Assembly: GCA_964440395.1 (NCBI GenBank)
Contig: CAYTSH010000001.1
Coordinates: 1-44,844, forward strand
Direction: 5' to 3'
Origin: an uncultured Microbacteriaceae bacterium
Lineage (GTDB): Bacteria; Actinomycetota; Actinomycetes; Actinomycetales; Microbacteriaceae
DNA: 44,844 bases
Positions 1-7,986 of the stretch are shown piece by piece; positions within the stretch are counted from its first letter, which is position 1; the number at the start of each line of letters is the position of its first letter. The notes under the pieces are model-generated. The model saw only the letters and a list, made by a program, of their open reading frames with translations. It did no database searches and was not told the origin of the DNA. The position numbers and the translations under genes were made by a program.

Positions 1-653
1 ATTGGGTGCCCAACAGCATCCCGAATGATGGAAAACTGGACTACGACGTTGCCGCCGCCAAAGCCGCCCTCGACAAAGCCGGCTACACCCTGAACGCCGA
101 CGGAAAACGGCTCGACCTCGACGGCAAACCAATGGTGTTCACCATTCAGATTCCCGGCGGTTGGAACGACTGGATCCAGGCCGGCAAAATTATTCAAAAA
201 AACTTCCAAGAGCTCGGTATCACCCTCGACATGCAAAACCCACTGCCCGAGGTGATGGACAAAAACCGCTCCACCGGTGAATACGACACCCTCTTCGGGG
301 TGCGCGGCGGCACCTGCGACATGTACCGCAACTTCTACGAACCACTCGCGAGTGAACAAACCGCACCCATCGGTGAAGCGGCACTCACCAACGAGGTGCG
401 CTGGCGCGACGACACCACCGACGCGCTGCTCGAGAAGCTCAAGCAGGAAACCGACATTGCGGCGCAAAAAGAAACCGTCGGCAAACTCGCCGAAATTATG
501 TACGACAAAAAACCGTACATTCCGCTCTGGTACGGTGCGGTGTGGTTCGAATACTCCACCAAACGAGCCGAAGGGTGGCCGAGCGCAGACAACGCCTACG
601 CGAAGCCCGGCAACATGGCAATTATTCTCACGCACCTGAAACCGGCCGAGTAA
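1..653 (+). CDS. ABC transporter substrate-binding protein, family 5 (peptide/nickel type), C-terminal fragment; 5' end lies outside the window
   Basis: The frame is open from the window edge to TAA at 651-653. The sequence (…IPGGWNDWIQAGKII…YIPLWYGAVWFEYS…) looks like an SBP_bac_5 C-terminus. It is followed 7 nt later by DppB/DppC-type permeases and a fused ATPase. Confidence 0.75.
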   Translation, partial: WVPNSIPNDGKLDYDVAAAKAALDKAGYTLNADGKRLDLDGKPMVFTIQIPGGWNDWIQAGKIIQKNFQELGITLDMQNPLPEVMDKNRSTGEYDTLFGVRGGTCDMYRNFYEPLASEQTAPIGEAALTNEVRWRDDTTDALLEKLKQETDIAAQKETVGKLAEIMYDKKPYIPLWYGAVWFEYSTKRAEGWPSADNAYAKPGNMAIILTHLKPAE

Positions 654-659
654 CCAACC

Positions 660-1652
660 ATGCGGTACTTCATTCGGCGAGCCGCGTTCTTCCTCGCCAC
701 ACTGTGGGCCGCGATCACCCTCAACTTCCTGATCCCCCGGCTCCAACCGGGGGATCCGGCTGAGGCGATTGTGCGCAAACTGGTGGGTCGCGACGCCACC
801 ATTGACCCCGCCCAGCTCGAGGCGGTGCGCGTGATGCTAGGGGTGAGCGATGAAAACCTGTTCCGACAGTACCTCGACTATCTCGCTGCGGTGTTCCGCG
901 GCGACTTCGGGATTTCATTCACCTATTTTCCCTACACCGTCACCTCGGTAATCTCCGAAGCGGTGCCGTGGACCCTGGTGCTCGTCGGCACCACCACCAT
1001 CGTGTCATTCGTGGTGGGCACCCTCCTCGGCACCTGGGCGGCCTACCGTCGCGGCTCAAACATCGACTCGTTCCTGACACTCGGATCCACCTTCCTCGGC
1101 ACCCTGCCGTTCTTCTGGATTGCGCTCATGCTCATCTACCTGCTCAGCTTCACCTTCCTGGTGTTCCCGGCAAGTGGCGGCTACAGCACAACCACCCCCG
1201 GGTGGAACTGGCCATTCGTGCAAGATGTCGTGCAGCACGGTGCCCTGCCAATGCTGTCACTACTCATCGTCGGTCCACTCGGCTGGATCCTGGCGATGCG
1301 CAACAACATGGTGCAAACCCTCGGCGAAGATTACGCCCGCCTGGCGAAAGCAAAAGGGCTGGGGGAGCGATCCATTGCGATCAACTACGGCGCGCGAATC
1401 GCAATGCTGCCGTCAGTCACCGGCTTCGCCCTTGCCCTCGGTGGCATGCTTGGCGGCACCATCCTGGTCGAAAAAATCTTCAACTACCCGGGGCTCGGGC
1501 GCCTGCTCTTTGAAGCGGTCGGCAGTAGCGACTATCCGCTGCTGCAAGCGCTCTTCCTGCTCACCACAACCGGTGTGCTGGTGGCGAACCTCTTCGCAGA
1601 CTTCCTCTACGGCGTGCTCGACCCACGCGTTCGAAAGGCGGCAACCGCATGA
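660..1652 (+). CDS. ABC transporter permease (DppB/OppB-like)
   Basis: 330 aa and multi-TM. The N-terminus MRYFIRRAAFFLATLWAAITLNFLIPRLQPGDP is typical of DppB. An EAA-like loop (LGEDYARLAKAKGL) is present. Confidence 0.9.
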   Translation: MRYFIRRAAFFLATLWAAITLNFLIPRLQPGDPAEAIVRKLVGRDATIDPAQLEAVRVMLGVSDENLFRQYLDYLAAVFRGDFGISFTYFPYTVTSVISEAVPWTLVLVGTTTIVSFVVGTLLGTWAAYRRGSNIDSFLTLGSTFLGTLPFFWIALMLIYLLSFTFLVFPASGGYSTTTPGWNWPFVQDVVQHGALPMLSLLIVGPLGWILAMRNNMVQTLGEDYARLAKAKGLGERSIAINYGARIAMLPSVTGFALALGGMLGGTILVEKIFNYPGLGRLLFEAVGSSDYPLLQALFLLTTTGVLVANLFADFLYGVLDPRVRKAATA

Positions 1653-2596
1653 GCACCGCAACGCACGACACCAAAACCCACCCGGGAGCCGACCCGCAAG
1701 GGCTGCCCACCGCTGCGCTACCCATGATCGGTGCCCGCCGCAAACGCGGCGACAACGGACCCGGCTGGTTCCAAATCTTGTGGCGGGATGCGAAATGTCG
1801 CAGCGGTATCCTCCTCCTCGCCGCGTTCATCCTCATGGCAATCTTCGCCCCACTGCTCGCGCCCTACGCACCCAGAGACGTGGTTGGCGGAACCAGCGAA
1901 GGCATTTCCGCCGCGCACTGGCTCGGCACCACCGACGTGGGCGAAGACGTGCTCAGCCAACTCATCTGGGGTGCCCGCACCTCACTCATTGTTGGCATCG
2001 TCGCCGGCTTCTTCTCCACCGTCATCAGCCTCACCATTGGTCTCACCGCTGGCTACAGCCAGGGGCTTGTGGATGACGTGCTCTCCTTTCTCACCAACCT
2101 CGCGTTGGTTGTGCCGGTGCTGCCGCTCATCGTCATGCTCACCGCCTACGCCCCGGTCCGCGGACTGACCATGATCATTTTCGTGATCAGCATCACCGGT
2201 TGGGCTTACGGCGCGCGCATCAAACGATCCCAAGTGATCTCGCTACGAACCCGCGACTACGTTGCCGCAGCCAAACTCGCCGGTGACGGCACCGCGCGCA
2301 TCATTATCCGCGAAATCATGCCAAACATGACCTCACTGATTGTGGTTGGGTTCATGGGGGCAGCGCTCGGCGCCATCGGCGGCGAGGCGGGGCTCGCCTT
2401 CCTCGGCCTGGGCGACCCGCTCACCGTCAGCTGGGGTTCCATGCTCAACCAAGCCAACGTGGGCGGCGCCCTGCTCACCGGTCAGCTCGCCTGGCTCATC
2501 GCCCCCGGTCTCGCGCTCTCACTGCTCATCACCAGCTTCACCCTGATCAACTTCGGCATCGATGCGCTCAGCAACCCCCACCTGAGAGAAGGTTAA
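1649..2596 (+). CDS. ABC transporter permease (DppC/OppC-like)
   Basis: 315 aa. ATGA start/stop overlap with the upstream permease. An N-terminal OppC-type helix (ILLLAAFILMAIFAPLLAPYAP) and a BPD_transp_1-like core are present. Confidence 0.9.
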   Translation: MSTATHDTKTHPGADPQGLPTAALPMIGARRKRGDNGPGWFQILWRDAKCRSGILLLAAFILMAIFAPLLAPYAPRDVVGGTSEGISAAHWLGTTDVGEDVLSQLIWGARTSLIVGIVAGFFSTVISLTIGLTAGYSQGLVDDVLSFLTNLALVVPVLPLIVMLTAYAPVRGLTMIIFVISITGWAYGARIKRSQVISLRTRDYVAAAKLAGDGTARIIIREIMPNMTSLIVVGFMGAALGAIGGEAGLAFLGLGDPLTVSWGSMLNQANVGGALLTGQLAWLIAPGLALSLLITSFTLINFGIDALSNPHLREG

Positions 2597-2599
2597 CCC

Positions 2600-4252
2600 A
2601 TGGCACTCCTCGACGTGAAAAATCTCAGCGTGCGCTACGCACCCAGAGACCATCCGCCACACCAAGCGGTAAAATCGGCGAGTTTCACCATCGAAGAGGG
2701 CGAATTCGTTGGCCTCGTCGGCGAATCTGGCTGCGGAAAATCCACCCTCGGCAACGCCGTACTGCAACTACTCAGCAAACCGGCGAGCATAAACGGCGGC
2801 GAAGTATGGTTCGACGGACAGCGCATCGACACCATGAAACACGAACACCTGCGAACAATCCGCTGGGTGCAGCTCTCCACCGTGTTCCAATCCAGCATGA
2901 ACTCGCTCAACCCCGTGCTCACCGTCGGCGCACAGTTCCTCGACACGCTCAACGGTCGCAGCTGGGTTGGCCGCAGCGGCGGCGACGCGCTCGCCAGGGC
3001 TGCCGACCTGCTCGCCATGGTCGACCTCGAAGCTCGCGTGCTCTCCGCATACCCGCACGAACTCTCCGGCGGAATGAAACAACGCGTGGCCATGGCTCTC
3101 GCCCTCGCCCTCAACCCCAAACTCGTCATCCTTGACGAACCCACCACCGGGCTGGACGTGCTCGTGCAGCGCCGCATCCTCACCAGGCTTCGAGAACTGC
3201 AAACCCAGTTCGGGTTTGCCGTGCTTTTCATCAGCCACGACATCGGATCAGTTCTCGAAATGAGCGACCGCGTCATGGTCATGCTCGACGGTGAAATCGT
3301 GGAGCAGGCAACCCCCGACACGCTGCTCACGAGCCCCGAGCATCCCTACTCGAACCTGCTGCTCGACGCCTACCGGGTCAGCTCCGGCACAGAAGCGAAA
3401 CCACAACGCGCACACGAACACGAGGCCGTGCTCAGCCTGGTTCAGGTCAGCAAACACTACCGGGTGGGGCGGGGGAAACGCGCGGAAACAGTGACCGCGC
3501 TGCGAGACATTTCCCTCACCCTCCGCGCACACTCCGTCACCGCGCTCGTTGGGCAATCCGGCTCAGGAAAATCAACCATCGCGCGCATGCTGCTCGGCAT
3601 GGAACGCCCCGACAGCGGGCAGGTGCTCCTGCACGGCGCCGACGGCACCGACACCTCCGTAGGCGAACTCGGCAGCAGGGCACTTCGACACTACCGCGCC
3701 AACGTGCAAATGGTCTTCCAAGACCCATTCTCCTCCCTCAACCCCGCCCTCAGCGTCGCCTACATCCTCTCCCGCCCCCTGCTCAACTACGGCAAGGTGC
3801 CCAAGGATGCCGTGCGACCCAGAACGCTGGAACTCCTGGAACAGGTCGGCCTGACCCCGGCATCCCGGTTCATTGACAAACTCGCCCACCAACTCTCCGG
3901 CGGGCAACGCCAACGCGTCGTCATCGCACGAGCGCTCGCGGCCAGCCCCACAATCTTGGTCGCCGACGAGCCGGTCTCCATGCTCGACGTGTCAATCCGG
4001 GCCGAGATCCTCGACCTGCTGCGCACCCTGGTGCGAGACAACGAACTCGCCATGCTGTACATCACGCACGACCTGCTCTCGGCGCGGGCGCTCGCCGACG
4101 AGGTTGCCGTGCTGGAAAGCGGGCAAATTGTGGAACAGGGCAGCGCCGGCGACGTGATCGATCGCAGCCAACACCCCTACACGCGGGAACTGCTCGCCGC
4201 CATCCCAAACCCCTTCACCCTCCTGCAGCGTGCAGCGGTCGAACAACACTGA
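2600..4252 (+). CDS. ABC transporter ATP-binding protein with two fused NBDs (DppD/DppF-like)
   Basis: 550 aa with two complete motif sets. Walker A: GESGCGKST and GQSGSGKST. Signature: LSGGMKQR and LSGGQRQR. Walker B: LVILDEPT and ILVADEPV. Confidence 0.92.
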   Translation: MALLDVKNLSVRYAPRDHPPHQAVKSASFTIEEGEFVGLVGESGCGKSTLGNAVLQLLSKPASINGGEVWFDGQRIDTMKHEHLRTIRWVQLSTVFQSSMNSLNPVLTVGAQFLDTLNGRSWVGRSGGDALARAADLLAMVDLEARVLSAYPHELSGGMKQRVAMALALALNPKLVILDEPTTGLDVLVQRRILTRLRELQTQFGFAVLFISHDIGSVLEMSDRVMVMLDGEIVEQATPDTLLTSPEHPYSNLLLDAYRVSSGTEAKPQRAHEHEAVLSLVQVSKHYRVGRGKRAETVTALRDISLTLRAHSVTALVGQSGSGKSTIARMLLGMERPDSGQVLLHGADGTDTSVGELGSRALRHYRANVQMVFQDPFSSLNPALSVAYILSRPLLNYGKVPKDAVRPRTLELLEQVGLTPASRFIDKLAHQLSGGQRQRVVIARALAASPTILVADEPVSMLDVSIRAEILDLLRTLVRDNELAMLYITHDLLSARALADEVAVLESGQIVEQGSAGDVIDRSQHPYTRELLAAIPNPFTLLQRAAVEQH

Positions 4253-4296
4253 CCCCCACCCCCGGGTGCGCACCCGCCGCGGCAAGCGCCCCTGGG

Positions 4297-4368
4297 GGCG
4301 AGCGGGGGAGTGGGCGAGCGGGCGAGCGGGCGAGCGGGGGAGCGGGCGAACGGGCGGGCGAGCGAGCC
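4297..4368. repeat. Degenerate octanucleotide tandem array (GGCGAGCG)x9, G-rich on the + strand
   Basis: Read directly as GGCGAGCG GGGGAGTG GGCGAGCG GGCGAGCG GGCGAGCG GGGGAGCG GGCGAACG GGCGGGCG AGCGAGCC. The unit length of 8 is not a multiple of 3, and the array lies in the ABC-metH intergenic gap. Confidence 0.85.
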
Positions 4369-4392
4369 GTTCGAGCCGTCCGCACCGCCCGC

Positions 4393-4398
4393 TAGGCT
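4393..4398 (+). promoter_or_regulatory. Candidate -10 hexamer TAGGCT (TANNNT class) 6 nt upstream of the metH GTG
   Basis: The sequence is cgcTAGGCTggagtcGTG. This spacing would place the transcription start at or next to the start codon. GGAG is also present, so a short leader with an SD is an alternative. Confidence 0.3.
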
Positions 4399-4404
4399 GG
4401 AGTC

Positions 4405-7400
4405 GTGAACATTCCTCAACGCGCTCAAGCTCTGCTCACGGCACTGCAAACCCGCGTCGTCATCGCTGACGGCGCCATGGGCACCATGCTGCAACAATCC
4501 GCGCCCACCCTCGACGATTATCAACAGCTGGAAGGCTGCAACGAGATCCTGAACGTCAGCCGCCCCGACCTCATCGCCGCGGTGCATGACGCGTTCCTCG
4601 GCGCAGGCGTGGACTGCATCGAATCCAACACGTTCGGTGCCAACTGGTCCAACCTGGCCGATTACGGCATCGAAGATCGCATCACCGAACTGGCCCGCGC
4701 CGGCGCGGCCATCGCCCGACAACGAGTCGACCTAGCCCAAGCCGCCGACGGCCGCATGCGGTGGGTGTTAGGTTCAATGGGGCCCGGCACCAAGCTGCCC
4801 AGCCTGGGGCACACCACCTACGCGCACCTGAAAGCCACGTTCGCCGAGCAGGCGGTGGGGCTCATCGAGGGCGGCATCGACGCGTTCCTCATCGAAACCA
4901 CCCAAGACGTGCTGCAAGCCAAAGCGGCCATCAACGCCGCCAAACAGGCACGAACCGAGGCGGGCATCCACCTGCCAATCTTTGTGGAAGTCACCATCGA
5001 AACCACCGGCACCATGCTGATGGGCACCGAAATTGGTGCCGCGCTCACCGCGCTCGCCCCCCTCGGCATCGATATGATCGGTGTGAACTGCGCCACCGGT
5101 CCCGCCGAAATGAGCGAACACCTGCGGCAACTCTCCGCCCAAACCAACCTGCCAATCATGGTCATGCCCAACGCCGGGCTGCCAGAACTCACCCCAACCG
5201 GCGCCCGCTACCCGCTCAGCCCCGAGGAGCTCGCCACCTGGCACGAACAGTTCGTGCGCGAATTCGGCCTCTCCATGGTTGGTGGATGCTGTGGCACCAC
5301 ACCCGAGCACCTGGCGGCGGTCGTCGGCAGGCTGGCGGGGGCTGTTGCCGCACCACGGCATCCACTGGTGGAGCCGTCTGTCGCAAGCCTGTACCAACAG
5401 GTGCCGCTGCAGCAACAAAACGCGTTTTTGGCGATCGGCGAACGCACCAACGCGAACGGTTCGAAAGCGTTTCGGGAGGCGCTGCTTGACGGGCGCTGGG
5501 ATGACTGCGTCGACATTGCGCGCAAGCAGGTGCGTGACGGCGCCCACCTGCTTGACGTGTGCGTGGACTATGTCGGTCGCGACGGGGTCGCTGACGTGCG
5601 CGAGGTGGTGTCGCGCTTCGCGAGCGCCTCCACCCTGCCGTTGGTCATCGACTCCACCGAACCGGCGGTGCTGCAGGCGGGCATGGAACTCATCGGCGGG
5701 CGCCCCGTGGTGAACTCGGTCAACTTTGAGGACGGCGAGGGGGCGGGTTCCCGCTTCGCCCGCATCATGCCGCTCGTGCAGGAGCACGGCGCGGCGGTGA
5801 TCGCCCTCACCATCGACGAGGAGGGGCAGGCGCGCACCCAGGCGGACAAGGTGCGAATTGCGAGCCGCCTGATCGACACGATCACCGGGGTTTGGGGGCT
5901 TGCCGTTGGTGACATCATTGTGGACACGTTGACCTTCCCAATCGCTACCGGGCAGGAGGAGACCCGGCGGGACGCGATTGAAACGATCGAAGCGATTCGC
6001 GAACTGTGCGCCAAATACCCCGGCATCAACACCACCCTGGGCGTGTCGAATGTGTCGTTCGGGTTGAACCCGGCCTCGCGCGTGGTGTTGAACTCGGTGT
6101 TCTTGCACGAGGCGCAGGCAGCTGGCCTGTCGAGCGCCATTGTGGATGCCGCCAAAATTGTTCCGCTTGCCTCAATTCCCGAAGAGCAACGGCAGGTTGC
6201 GCTTGACGTGGTGTGGGATCGCCGCGAATATGACGCCGATGGGCGACTCACCTACGACCCGCTCGCCCGCATGCTTGACCTGTTTGACGGGGTGGATTCG
6301 GCGGCTCAGCGCGATCAGCGGGCGCTGGAATTGGCCGCAATGACCGTCACGGAGCGGCTGGAGCGCCGCATCATTGACGGCGACTCGAACGGGTTGGCGG
6401 CTGACCTTGACGCGGCCCGGGCTGACGGGTTGAGCGCGCTCGCCATCATCAACGACCATTTGCTTGCCGGCATGCAGGTGGTGGGCGCTCGGTTTGGCAG
6501 TGGCGAGATGCAGCTGCCGTTCGTGTTGCAATCCGCCGAGGTGATGAAGGCCGCCGTCGCGCTGCTGGAGCCGCACATGGAGAAAACGACCGACGCCGGC
6601 AAAGGCACCATCGTGCTGGCCACGGTGCGTGGCGACGTGCACGACATTGGCAAAAACCTGGTCGACATCATTTTGACGAATAATGGTTACGACGTGATCA
6701 ACCTCGGCATTAAGCAACCCATCAGTGAAATCATTCGGGCGGCCGAGGAGCACAACGCCGACGTGATCGGCATGAGCGGCTTGTTGGTGAAATCGACCGT
6801 GGTGATGCGCGAGAACCTCGCCGAGCTGACCGCGCGTGGTCTGGCCGGGCGTTGGCCGGTGCTGCTCGGTGGTGCCGCGCTCACCCGCCCCTACGTTGAG
6901 GACGACCTGGCTGGCGAGTTTCCCGGCGTGGTTCGCTACGCCCGCGACGCGTTTGAAGGCCTGGCCCTGATGGAGCCCCTGGTTGCGATTGCCCGCGGCG
7001 CCCACCCCGACACGGTTGGGCTACCTCCCCTTAAAAAACGCATCCACACCCCGCACCGCCCCGCCCAGACCGCCCCGGCGGACCTGCCCGCGCGTTCAGA
7101 CGTCAGTGTCACCAACCCGGTGCCAACCCCGCCGTTCTGGGGCACGCGCATGGTGAAAGGCATCCCGCTAGCCGAGTTCGCCGGCATGCTCGACGAACGC
7201 GCCACCTTTATGGGGCAGTGGGGGCTCAAACCCGGCCGTGGTGAGGGCGGCGCCAGCTATGAGCAACTCGTCGAATCCGAGGGGCGGCCACGGCTGCGCA
7301 GTTGGCTGAACCGCATATCAACTGAGGGGATGCTGGACCCGGCAGTTGTGTACGGCTATTTTCCCGTCGTGGCTGAGGGCGACGACCTGGTGGTGCTGCA

Positions 7401-7980
7401 CCACGGTGACGACCCCGATGGCCTGCTTGGCGCCGCGGGGTTGCTCGCCCCGGACGGCGGCTCCGGCGGCCCGCTCGGTGCGGAACGGCTGCGTTTCACG
7501 TTCCCCCGCCAGCAGCGCGACCGGCACCTGTGCCTGGCCGATTTTGTGCGACCCCGAACCTCCGGTGAGGTGGATGTGCTTGCCGTGCAACTGGTCACCG
7601 CAGGCGCGGCGGTTGACGCCGTCACCGCGCGCATGTTTGCCGCCAACGAGTATCGCGACTACATGGAACTAAACGGTCTCACCATGCAACTCACCGAGGC
7701 GCTCGCCGAATACTGGCATTCCCGCGTGCGCGCCGAGCTCGGCTTCGCCGCCGAAGAACCCGCAGACGTTGCCGGGCTGTTCAAACTGCAGTATCGCGGT
7801 GCCAGGTTCTCGTTGGGGTACCCGGCCTGCCCGAATATGGAGGATCGCCGGAAAGTTGTGCAACTGTTGCGCCCCGAACGCCTCGGCATTGTGCTTTCGG
7901 AAGAGTTGCAACTGCACCCCGAACAATCCACCGACGCCTTCGTGCTGCACCACCCCGAAGCGAAATACTTCTCCGTGTAA
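4405..7980 (+). CDS. metH: Cobalamin-dependent methionine synthase
   Basis: 1191 aa with the full domain order. Hcy-binding domain: IADGAMGTMLQ…GGCCGTTPEH. Pterin-binding domain follows. B12-binding motif: GDVHDIGKN with GMSGLL. The C-terminal AdoMet activation domain (…RFSLGYPACP…) is present. Confidence 0.97.
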   Translation: MNIPQRAQALLTALQTRVVIADGAMGTMLQQSAPTLDDYQQLEGCNEILNVSRPDLIAAVHDAFLGAGVDCIESNTFGANWSNLADYGIEDRITELARAGAAIARQRVDLAQAADGRMRWVLGSMGPGTKLPSLGHTTYAHLKATFAEQAVGLIEGGIDAFLIETTQDVLQAKAAINAAKQARTEAGIHLPIFVEVTIETTGTMLMGTEIGAALTALAPLGIDMIGVNCATGPAEMSEHLRQLSAQTNLPIMVMPNAGLPELTPTGARYPLSPEELATWHEQFVREFGLSMVGGCCGTTPEHLAAVVGRLAGAVAAPRHPLVEPSVASLYQQVPLQQQNAFLAIGERTNANGSKAFREALLDGRWDDCVDIARKQVRDGAHLLDVCVDYVGRDGVADVREVVSRFASASTLPLVIDSTEPAVLQAGMELIGGRPVVNSVNFEDGEGAGSRFARIMPLVQEHGAAVIALTIDEEGQARTQADKVRIASRLIDTITGVWGLAVGDIIVDTLTFPIATGQEETRRDAIETIEAIRELCAKYPGINTTLGVSNVSFGLNPASRVVLNSVFLHEAQAAGLSSAIVDAAKIVPLASIPEEQRQVALDVVWDRREYDADGRLTYDPLARMLDLFDGVDSAAQRDQRALELAAMTVTERLERRIIDGDSNGLAADLDAARADGLSALAIINDHLLAGMQVVGARFGSGEMQLPFVLQSAEVMKAAVALLEPHMEKTTDAGKGTIVLATVRGDVHDIGKNLVDIILTNNGYDVINLGIKQPISEIIRAAEEHNADVIGMSGLLVKSTVVMRENLAELTARGLAGRWPVLLGGAALTRPYVEDDLAGEFPGVVRYARDAFEGLALMEPLVAIARGAHPDTVGLPPLKKRIHTPHRPAQTAPADLPARSDVSVTNPVPTPPFWGTRMVKGIPLAEFAGMLDERATFMGQWGLKPGRGEGGASYEQLVESEGRPRLRSWLNRISTEGMLDPAVVYGYFPVVAEGDDLVVLHHGDDPDGLLGAAGLLAPDGGSGGPLGAERLRFTFPRQQRDRHLCLADFVRPRTSGEVDVLAVQLVTAGAAVDAVTARMFAANEYRDYMELNGLTMQLTEALAEYWHSRVRAELGFAAEEPADVAGLFKLQYRGARFSLGYPACPNMEDRRKVVQLLRPERLGIVLSEELQLHPEQSTDAFVLHHPEAKYFSV

Positions 7981-7986
7981 GCCACG

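Noticed and set aside
4774-6108. Long antisense ORF (444 aa) opposite metH. Similar long shadow ORFs lie opposite der (24754-26466), cls (30092-31459), photolyase (33805-35031), tyrA (23313-24395), xerD (15655-16644) and the amidohydrolase (43298-44506).
   Set aside because: These are typical high-GC shadow frames. They are extremely Arg/Pro/Gly/His-rich with no motifs. Each lies fully inside a gene with unmistakable conserved domains on the other strand.
7493-7502. A parS-like half-site, GTTTCACGTT, inside metH.
   Set aside because: Only half of the 16-bp TGTTTCACGTGAAACA palindrome is present. It is probably chance within coding sequence.
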